The position numbers and the translations under genes are program-made. The notes beneath the pieces were generated by a model. The model had not been told where the DNA came from, made no database searches, and worked only from the letters and a program-made list of their open reading frames with translations. A stretch of 64,000 bases of DNA from Ruminococcus sp. (GTDB lineage Bacteria; Bacillota; Clostridia; Oscillospirales; Ruminococcaceae), in the NCBI GenBank assembly GCA_015066705.1, contig SVNV01000007.1, positions 7,573 to 71,572 of the forward strand, in the 5' to 3' direction. This document shows, one piece after another, positions 8,794 through 15,091 of this stretch (position 1 is the first letter of the stretch; each line of letters begins with the position of its first letter).

Positions 8794-9813
8794 ATGAAAC
8801 TCAAGAAGATTCTTTCTTCAGTTGTTGCACTCGCAATGGCTGTAACAACACTCACAGCATTTACAACTTCAGCAAATGCTAAGACAACATCAGCTAATAT
8901 TTTAGATGAAGCATTCACAATTGCAAGCTGGGATGTACCAGTGGTAGTTGCAAAGGCTGACATCACAGCAGAAGACATTGCTACTACAGGTGCTGACGCT
9001 GTAATCATCGCAGGCGATAAGGTTACAGGCGATTATTATGAATTTATGGTTCAGGCTAATGGTGTTCGTCTTTATCAGGAAAAGATTAACGGACCTTTTG
9101 AAGTAGAAGTTCCACTTTTTGGTAACTATGACCTTGAATTCACAGGTAACGCTGTAGAAATCACTTCAATCAAGTTTGTTGATTCAGATGCTAACGTATC
9201 ATTGACACGTGGTTCACAGGAAGCTGTAATCAGTGCTCCTGGTGCAAACGATACTGTACTTGCTACAGGTGTTGACCTCGGTTGGAGCGGTGCAGAAGGT
9301 ATTACTGTTTCAGGCACTCAGCTTTCAGGTTTGAGATTTGACGGTACAGAATCATTTGTATTCACATCAACAGGTACTGGTAACATTCAGATTCAGGATG
9401 GTAACTGGTCAGGCGTAATTATTGATGGCGGTATTTGGACAGCAGGTGACAAGCTTATTATTCCGATCACACAAACATATGTAGATGGTATTAATGCAAT
9501 CGGTACAGCTCCTGGCGTTGAGCTCCAGATTGTTGACTACGGTACAAAGGCTATCAGATACATCCTTAAGGTTGCTGAAGATGATGTAGATGAAATCGAA
9601 TCAGTATCACTTAAGTTCAGAAACGATTTTGATTATTCTGAAGCATTTGAAACATCAAAGTGCTACAGATCAATTAAGGCTAATGGACAGACAATTTCTG
9701 AAGATGGTTATGTATTTATCACATTTGTAGTAAATAATGTTCCTGGTAACTTCTCATTTGACGAAGCTATCTTCTCATTTGATGGTGAAAGAGCAGCAAC
9801 ACTTGTTGGTTAA
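8794..9813 (+). CDS. Secreted protein of unknown function (Sec signal peptide)
   Basis: Strong AGGAGG RBS. Signal peptide MKLKKILSSVVALAMAVTTLTAFTTSANA|K. Beta-rich, Gly/Thr/Val-rich mature part with no recognisable catalytic motif. Codon choice resembles the highly expressed tuf/fusA genes. Confidence 0.75.
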   Translation: MKLKKILSSVVALAMAVTTLTAFTTSANAKTTSANILDEAFTIASWDVPVVVAKADITAEDIATTGADAVIIAGDKVTGDYYEFMVQANGVRLYQEKINGPFEVEVPLFGNYDLEFTGNAVEITSIKFVDSDANVSLTRGSQEAVISAPGANDTVLATGVDLGWSGAEGITVSGTQLSGLRFDGTESFVFTSTGTGNIQIQDGNWSGVIIDGGIWTAGDKLIIPITQTYVDGINAIGTAPGVELQIVDYGTKAIRYILKVAEDDVDEIESVSLKFRNDFDYSEAFETSKCYRSIKANGQTISEDGYVFITFVVNNVPGNFSFDEAIFSFDGERAATLVG

Positions 9814-9862
9814 TGCGAAGTAAAATAAACATTTAATTTATTATGTAAAGGAGATTTTTATT

Positions 9863-9991
9863 ATGAAGTTTGAATACATCAAGCCAGAACTCGAAATCGA
9901 GTTGTTCGAAGTTGAAGACGTTATTACTCTTTCAATCGTAAACGATGACGAAGAACAGATTCTTTTCGGAGATATCACTTGGGAAAACTAA
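9863..9991 (+). CDS. Unannotated small ORF A1 (42 aa), candidate RiPP precursor with lasso-like leader
   Basis: AAAGGAG RBS 8 nt upstream. Sequence MKFEYIKPELEIELFEVEDVITLSIVNDDEEQILFGDITWEN. The first 24 codons are paralogous to ORF A2, with 9 synonymous and 5 conservative differences. A hairpin terminator follows. Confidence 0.65.
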   Translation: MKFEYIKPELEIELFEVEDVITLSIVNDDEEQILFGDITWEN

Positions 9992-10002
9992 ATAAATGAA
10001 TC

Positions 10003-10032
10003 AAAGGCAGGCATTTTGCCTGCCTTTAATTT
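10003..10032 (+). terminator. Hairpin terminator/attenuator directly after small ORF A1
   Basis: ggcaggc-atttt-gcctgcc followed by TTTAATTT. The next gene starts 18 nt later, so the terminator is probably leaky. Confidence 0.65.
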
Positions 10033-10049
10033 ATAATAAGGTATAGTAA

Positions 10050-10502
10050 ATGAAAAAAGTAATTTGTTTTACACTCATTCTAAGCGTTTGTATGAGTGTT
10101 ATGTGTGGGTGCGATACTTCTAAAGATGAATATAAAAGTATCACCTCAAAAACCACTACAACAGTAAACAGTAGCTCAACGGATATAAATAACGAGCCTA
10201 TTGCTACTACAACTGCAAGTGTAGAAAATTCAGTAAATACATCATCAACATTGACAACAACTGTTAAAACGGAAGCTACGATAGATGATGTTATTACTAC
10301 AACTACAGCTAAAAAGATAGAGAATAAGAATACTACCACAACGACTACTAAATTGACAACCACAAATAAGCCTACAACAACTACCAAAACTACCACTTCG
10401 ACAATTACTACTACTAAAAAACAGGATAGTGGATTGGTTATTGAAGATGAAGAGGATGAAAAAGATGTTGTAATTGATTTTGGTTCAATTATCTGGAAAT
10501 AA
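10050..10502 (+). CDS. Thr-rich lipoprotein L1 (unknown function)
   Basis: Lipobox-like signal peptide (LILSVCMSVMCGC). Long T/N/K low-complexity region. C-terminal acidic motif TTTKKQDSGLVIEDEEDEKDVVIDFGSIIWK shared with L2. Confidence 0.75.
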   Translation: MKKVICFTLILSVCMSVMCGCDTSKDEYKSITSKTTTTVNSSSTDINNEPIATTTASVENSVNTSSTLTTTVKTEATIDDVITTTTAKKIENKNTTTTTTKLTTTNKPTTTTKTTTSTITTTKKQDSGLVIEDEEDEKDVVIDFGSIIWK

Positions 10503-10558
10503 TTTGTTGTGTGACACTGTTTTATATTAAAGAAAAACAACAGACGGAGGTAATCATT

Positions 10559-10696
10559 ATGAAGCTTGAATATTTTAAACCTGAGCTTGAAATCGACGTT
10601 TTTGAAATAGAAGACGTGATTACTCTCAGCAATGGCGATGCTTATGATGATGGTGATTTAAACGATAATAATAATTACGAAAATATTTTTGGTTAA
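10559..10696 (+). CDS. Unannotated small ORF A2 (45 aa), paralogue of A1, candidate RiPP precursor
   Basis: GGAGG RBS 8 nt upstream of the ATG at 10559 (internal Met of track ORF 10511..10696). Sequence MKLEYFKPELEIDVFEIEDVITLSNGDAYDDGDLNDNNNYENIFG. A hairpin terminator follows. Confidence 0.65.
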   Translation: MKLEYFKPELEIDVFEIEDVITLSNGDAYDDGDLNDNNNYENIFG

Positions 10697-10713
10697 CACA
10701 AATTTATATATTC

Positions 10714-10740
10714 AGGGCAGGTTTTTACCTGCCTTTTTTG
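10714..10740 (+). terminator. Rho-independent terminator after small ORF A2
   Basis: ggcaggt-tttt-acctgcc followed by TTTTTT. The stem sequence is related to the terminator after A1. Confidence 0.75.
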
Positions 10741-10769
10741 TTGACATAAATTGATAATAATGATATAAT
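10741..10769 (+). promoter_or_regulatory. Consensus sigma-A promoter for the L2-kinase operon
   Basis: TTGACA (10741-10746), 17 nt, TGaTATAAT (extended -10; hexamer 10764-10769). Confidence 0.7.
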
Positions 10770-10798
10770 TTAAATAACATAAATAAGGAGAGTTATAA

Positions 10799-11311
10799 AT
10801 GAAAAAAATACTTATGATTTTGTGCGTTGCTGCTATGTTTTGTATGACAGCTTGCGAAGGCGAAAAGCATACTAAGATTACATCAAAGTCAACAACTCCT
10901 GCTGAAACTACCACTAAAAAACAGGGCGGACTTGTAATTGAAGATGAATATAACGCTGACGAAGATGATGAAAATGCTATTGATTTCAATGATATTTTTA
11001 AAGATGTAAGTTATACCGATACTCCTGCAGCTACACAGCCTGTTGTCACAACAAAACCTGATGCTGACGAAAGCGATAAGCCGGATTCATCCAAAACTAC
11101 AACAACTGTAAAAAAAGATGATAAGGTAACTACAACAACTTCAAAAAAGGAAACAAATAAAACCACGACTACTACCACAAAACCATCAACAATCACCACA
11201 ACAACTACAAAGAAGCCGGTTGAATCCACAAATACAGGAAGCGGCCTTGACGTTGAAGATACAGCGCCGAACGACAACCTTGATTGGGGCCCGCTTGTTC
11301 CGATAAACTGA
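10799..11311 (+). CDS. Thr-rich lipoprotein L2 (paralogue of L1)
   Basis: Lipobox (AAMFCMTAC). The motif TTTKKQGGLVIEDEYNADEDDENAIDFNDIFK sits near the N-terminus, followed by a long T/K/P-rich region. The stop is 1 nt before the kinase ATG. Confidence 0.75.
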   Translation: MKKILMILCVAAMFCMTACEGEKHTKITSKSTTPAETTTKKQGGLVIEDEYNADEDDENAIDFNDIFKDVSYTDTPAATQPVVTTKPDADESDKPDSSKTTTTVKKDDKVTTTTSKKETNKTTTTTTKPSTITTTTTKKPVESTNTGSGLDVEDTAPNDNLDWGPLVPIN

Positions 11312-11312
11312 T

Positions 11313-12017
11313 ATGATTAGAAAATACAAAATTTGCGACTTGATAGTTGAATGTGATTTCCGCTTTGAAACTATGCTTTCACGAAGCGAGAAATTTGCAT
11401 TTGATACCGAAAAAGAGGCTGATATTACTATCGGCTATGATAAAAAACACCACGAATTTCTTTTGAAAAACGCAGAAAATTTCACAGAAAAGGATTGCGA
11501 AGTAATGTCAACGGGGAAGAAGTTTTATAATGAACTTCTGAACTTTGACGGCTTTATGCTTCATTCTTCGGCAGTTATGGTTGACGGAAAGGTTTTTCTT
11601 TTTTCTGCACCAAGCGGAACGGGGAAGTCTACCCATACAAGACAATGGCGTAAGCTTTTCGGCGAAAGAGCAGTAATCATTAACGATGATAAACCTGCAA
11701 TAAGAATTGTTGACGGTAAAATCTATGCCTATGGAACCCCTTGGAGCGGAAGCTCTGAGCTCAATAGTACCGATTTCGGAATTCTTCAGGGGATATGTGT
11801 TCTTTCCCGTAGTGAGGAAAATTATATCCGACCTCTAGACCAGAGTAAAGCGATTTTCTCCGTTTTAAATCAGACTATAAGACCTGCCGACGAAAAGAAG
11901 ATGGATAAACTTCTTGCAGTGCTTGATAAGGTAGTAAGCGGAGTGAAAATCTGGCAGATGGGCTGTAATATTTCCACTGACGCAGCACAACTTGCATATG
12001 ACGCTATGAGTAAATAA
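11313..12017 (+). CDS. HPr-kinase-like P-loop kinase (lasso-peptide kinase-like)
   Basis: LHSSAVMVDGKVFLFSAPSGTGKSTHTRQW...AVIINDD matches the HprK C-terminal domain layout (H-G/S..V...G..vL..G.SG.GKS...DD). Translationally coupled to L2. Confidence 0.75.
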   Translation: MIRKYKICDLIVECDFRFETMLSRSEKFAFDTEKEADITIGYDKKHHEFLLKNAENFTEKDCEVMSTGKKFYNELLNFDGFMLHSSAVMVDGKVFLFSAPSGTGKSTHTRQWRKLFGERAVIINDDKPAIRIVDGKIYAYGTPWSGSSELNSTDFGILQGICVLSRSEENYIRPLDQSKAIFSVLNQTIRPADEKKMDKLLAVLDKVVSGVKIWQMGCNISTDAAQLAYDAMSK

Positions 12018-12034
12018 AAAAAAGTACCTAACAT

Positions 12035-12339
12035 TAAGGCGGATAGTTATATAGAAGTATATTATATGAATTTATCGGGGCGAAACCTTTCTGAAGAAAG
12101 GTTGTCCCCCGAACCCCCTTCCAAAGACTTTAATATTAAAATAACTATCCCCCGCTGTGCGGGGGATAGTTATTTTAAATACTGAAGTTTTAGGAAAGGA
12201 GTTTGAGGATGACTCCCCACAAGGTGGGGAGATGTCTGCGTAGCAGACAGAGGGGACAGGCGACCGTTGGGAGAACCCTTTTTCAAAAGGGTTTTCCTCA
12301 ATAAGTCCGTATAATACTTCTTTATGACCACTCACCTTA
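12035..12339 (-). mobile_element. MITE-like structured repeat, copy 1 (305 bp including flanking TA), inserted in the loop of a bidirectional terminator
   Basis: About 95% identical over shared parts to the reverse complement of 48468-48710. Imperfect 24-30 bp terminal inverted repeats (AGGTGAGTGGTCATAAAGAAGTAT / AGGCGGATAGTTATATAGAAGTAT). TA on both sides. Flanks aaagtacctaaca / tgttaggtacttt are perfect complements, i.e. a split terminator stem. Confidence 0.7.
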
Positions 12340-12357
12340 TGTTAGGTACTTTTTTGT

Positions 12358-13989
12358 TTAGTTGAAGCTTCTTACCCACGTCACAAGCGAGCCATGATGT
12401 GTGTTATCGTGAACGTCCTTAGCCATTCTGTCGGTGACCGGACCGTTTTTACGCATCTTCTCGATAATGCAAAGCTGTAATTCCTCGACAGTCATTTCTT
12501 CGTATGACTTGTTCTTTGGAATTTCTACAACCTTTTCAACCTTTTCTTCAACCTTGATTTCAGGCTTTTCTTCTGCCTTAATCTCTGCCATTTCCACGAC
12601 TTTGACCTTTTCAGGCTGTTGAACTTCAAGCTCTACCGGCTCATAAACCTTTCCGCTTGCTGTCGGAATCCATATTTCGCCTGAGTTACCCTTGACAGTC
12701 AAGGAAATTCTTCCTTCGATTGCTGAAAGCTTTTCACCTGAAAGTGCACCTGTATATTCACCACAGCCTGCCGGAAGATTTATAGTAACATCATTGTTAT
12801 CGTTGTTTACAACCACAATAACGTCATCTCTCGAAAAAGCGTACTGCTTGTTTGTGAGTAAAAGCTCCTTGTAGTTTCCGTATGAAAGTGCCATTGTTCC
12901 CTGACGAATTTTTCCTAAGGCTGAAATAAGCTTGACAAATTGATTGTTTTTCGCTTCTGAAATAAACTTTTCTATGTCAATTTCAGGTCTTAATGAGTCG
13001 TCAGAGCCTTTCATTTTAGCTCCCTCAATTCCGAATTCAGAGCCGTAATATACTGACGGCACACCTGGAAGGGTATATAAAAGAATGTGTACAGGTATAA
13101 AATGCTGTTTGTTTGTGAGCTTAGTGTAAATTCTTTCTACATCGTGATTGTCAACGAAATTGTAGAGCTTCAATCCTTCAGGTCTGTTTCCGCCCATTTC
13201 GTAAAGACGCTTTACTGTGTGGGCAATTTCAAAATAGTTGTGGTCGTTGTGACCTGAATATAAAGCCTTGTGAAGGTGATAATTTGTAACCGAATGTAGT
13301 GTTCCTTCGTTTACCCAGCGATTGTAATCCCCGTGAATAACCTCTCCCATAAGCCAGAAATCAGGCTTAACTTCATTTGCAACCCTGCGTAGAGCCTGCA
13401 TATATGAAAAATCAAGAACATCAGCAGCATCAAGTCTTATTCCGTCAATGTCAAATTCACTGACCCAGAAGCGTATAACATCACAGATGTAATCTATAAC
13501 AGCAGGATTGTGCTGATTGAGTTTAGCGAGAAGATTGTACCCGCCCCAGTTATCGTAAGAAAAACCGTCATTGTATTCGTTGTTTCCGCAGAAATTAACG
13601 TTGCAATACCAGTCTTTGAAGTGTGAAGTCTCACGCTTTTCTCTGATGTCCTTAAAAGCAAAGAAATTTCTGCCAGTGTGATTAAAAACACCATCAAAAA
13701 TAACCTTGATACCTTGCTTGTGACATTCAGCTACAAAATCCGTAAGGTCCTTGTTTGTACCGAGTCTGCTGTCAAGCTTTTTGTAATCGGTAGTTTCATA
13801 ACCGTGACCTTCAGATTCAAAAAGGGGACCTATATATAAAGCATTAAAGCCGGATTCCTTTATGTGTGAAATCCAGGGAATTAGTTTAGTAATCCTTGAA
13901 ACAGGCTCAGAATAGCTGTTTTGCTTAGGCGCACCAACCATTCCCAAGGGATAAATGTGATAAAAAACTGCCTCGTCAAACCAGGCCAT
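12358..13989 (-). CDS. GH13 alpha-amylase-family glycoside hydrolase (intracellular; neopullulanase/oligo-glucosidase-like) with a charged C-terminal extension
   Basis: Track ORF 12358..14166. The ATG at 13989 is preferred (GGAGGT RBS; N-terminus MAWFDEAVFYHIYPLG). GH13 regions DGVFNHTG, DGIRLDAAD, MGEVIHGD and FVDNHD. Confidence 0.85.
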   Translation of the reverse strand: MAWFDEAVFYHIYPLGMVGAPKQNSYSEPVSRITKLIPWISHIKESGFNALYIGPLFESEGHGYETTDYKKLDSRLGTNKDLTDFVAECHKQGIKVIFDGVFNHTGRNFFAFKDIREKRETSHFKDWYCNVNFCGNNEYNDGFSYDNWGGYNLLAKLNQHNPAVIDYICDVIRFWVSEFDIDGIRLDAADVLDFSYMQALRRVANEVKPDFWLMGEVIHGDYNRWVNEGTLHSVTNYHLHKALYSGHNDHNYFEIAHTVKRLYEMGGNRPEGLKLYNFVDNHDVERIYTKLTNKQHFIPVHILLYTLPGVPSVYYGSEFGIEGAKMKGSDDSLRPEIDIEKFISEAKNNQFVKLISALGKIRQGTMALSYGNYKELLLTNKQYAFSRDDVIVVVNNDNNDVTINLPAGCGEYTGALSGEKLSAIEGRISLTVKGNSGEIWIPTASGKVYEPVELEVQQPEKVKVVEMAEIKAEEKPEIKVEEKVEKVVEIPKNKSYEEMTVEELQLCIIEKMRKNGPVTDRMAKDVHDNTHHGSLVTWVRSFN

Positions 13990-14113
13990 AGCAGTACCTC
14001 CGAAATATGCGATTTGTGTTATTACACAATAAAATAATACCATAAATCCGTAAAAAAAGCAATAAAAAAATAAAAGCGTTGCTTCCAATTTCAGGAAACA
14101 ACGCTTGATATTT

Positions 14114-14707
14114 TTATTCGTAAAGCTTGAGAATGTTTTCCCATTCCTTGAGTGCGATAATTGCAATATCAGGGTCGTACATTGTACCGATGTTGTTGTG
14201 AATTTCCATTCTTACAACTTCAAGAGGCATAGCACTTCTGTATGCTCTTTCAGAAGACATAGCGTCAATAGAATCACATACTGCTATAATTCTTGCTCCG
14301 AGAGGAATATCTTCGCCCTTTAAACCTGAAGGATAGCCTTCGCCGTCGTATCTTTCGTGGTGGTGAAGAACAAGATTTGCAATATCAGTGAGCTTGTCGC
14401 TCTTTGAGAGAATATCAGCACCAATCTTTGGGTGTTTCTTGACAAGGTCCCACTCGTAGCTGTTAAGACAACCGTTTTTAAGAAGAATTGTGTCAGGAAC
14501 GCCGATTTTACCGATATCGTGAACGTGCCCTGCAATGTGAATTATATTAGTTTCTTCTTCTGACAAACCAAGGCTCTGGCATAAAAGCAAAGCCATATCG
14601 CCTACACGCAAAGAATGTTCGCCTGTATAAGGGTCTCTTACGTCAACGGCAGTAGTAATACATTCAATTAAATCATGATATTCAAAGTTTTCGTGTGGAC
14701 ATCCCAT
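14114..14707 (-). CDS. HD-GYP domain protein (putative c-di-GMP phosphodiesterase)
   Basis: Motifs HSLRV, HDIGK and HHHERYDGEGYP. Confidence 0.85.
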   Translation of the reverse strand: MGCPHENFEYHDLIECITTAVDVRDPYTGEHSLRVGDMALLLCQSLGLSEEETNIIHIAGHVHDIGKIGVPDTILLKNGCLNSYEWDLVKKHPKIGADILSKSDKLTDIANLVLHHHERYDGEGYPSGLKGEDIPLGARIIAVCDSIDAMSSERAYRSAMPLEVVRMEIHNNIGTMYDPDIAIIALKEWENILKLYE

Positions 14708-14884
14708 ATTTATCCCTCCATAGAATATACTTTTTTATTATAATAGCACATATAACAAAATTTTTCAACACTTTTTTCGATTTTTTCTCAATATTTAACC
14801 AGAGACAAAAACTTATACAATATTTGTTAATATATTAACGCGTTAAGAAACTCCCTCAATTCATTAGAAAAGAGGGAGCGGTTG

Positions 14885-15091
14885 TTATTCCTCGTTGAAA
14901 ATAAACAGTTCTTCAACAGTGGTATCAAAAACCTTTGCAATATCCATAGCAAGCTTGAGGGAAGGGTTGTACTGACCTTTTTCAAGACGAATAATAGTTT
15001 CACGTCTTACTCCTACCATATCGGCAAGGTCACCCTGTTTCATATCAAATTTTGCTCTGTATTCTTTAATTTTAGTAATGAATTCAGGCAT
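14885..15091 (-). CDS. XRE-family helix-turn-helix transcriptional regulator
   Basis: 68 aa. The Cro/CI HTH region ([38 protein letters not shown]) is followed by a short acidic C-terminal tail; last gene of a three-gene operon. Confidence 0.85.
   Translation of the reverse strand: MPEFITKIKEYRAKFDMKQGDLADMVGVRRETIIRLEKGQYNPSLKLAMDIAKVFDTTVEELFIFNEE

Noticed and set aside
10031-11277. Minus-strand ORFs 10031..10540, 10693..10989 and 11011..11277 (Val/Ser-rich).
   Set aside because: They are antisense mirror images of the Thr-codon-rich (ACN) lipoprotein genes. They are low-complexity, have no RBS, and overlap better-supported plus-strand genes that carry signal peptides.
6763-12017. Searched the locus and the whole window for a lasso cyclase (Asn-synthetase-like, about 600 aa), a B2 transglutaminase-like protease and an ABC exporter.
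   Set aside because: No ORF in any frame shows the corresponding motifs. The large ORFs nearby are VanY-like and GH13. The locus is therefore not called a canonical lasso cluster.
12072-12335. 87-aa ORF (minus) sharing a 40-aa identical C-terminal stretch (...FPKTSVFKITIPRTA.DSYFNIKVFGRGFGGQPFFRKVSPR) with the 65-aa ORF at 48476..48673 (plus).
   Set aside because: Both ORFs lie entirely inside the two copies of the MITE-like repeat, so the identity reflects repeated DNA. The N-termini differ because of the 64-nt indel. There is no RBS, and the sequence is dominated by hairpin arms. I treat them as non-coding.
12035-12339. Possible group II (class C) intron, because of the GTGAG-like 5' end and insertion at a terminator hairpin.
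   Set aside because: The element is only 243-305 bp, has no domain V-like helix and no RT ORF. It has terminal inverted repeats with TA flanks, which fits a MITE better. It also sits inside the loop rather than downstream of the hairpin.
13990-14166. N-terminal 59-aa extension of the GH13 ORF (track start 14166) overlapping the HD-GYP gene end.
   Set aside because: The extension is hydrophobic nonsense with no homology pattern. A GGAGGT RBS precedes the internal ATG at 13989, which yields the canonical GH13 N-terminus. The extension would also overlap the upstream gene's 3' end.
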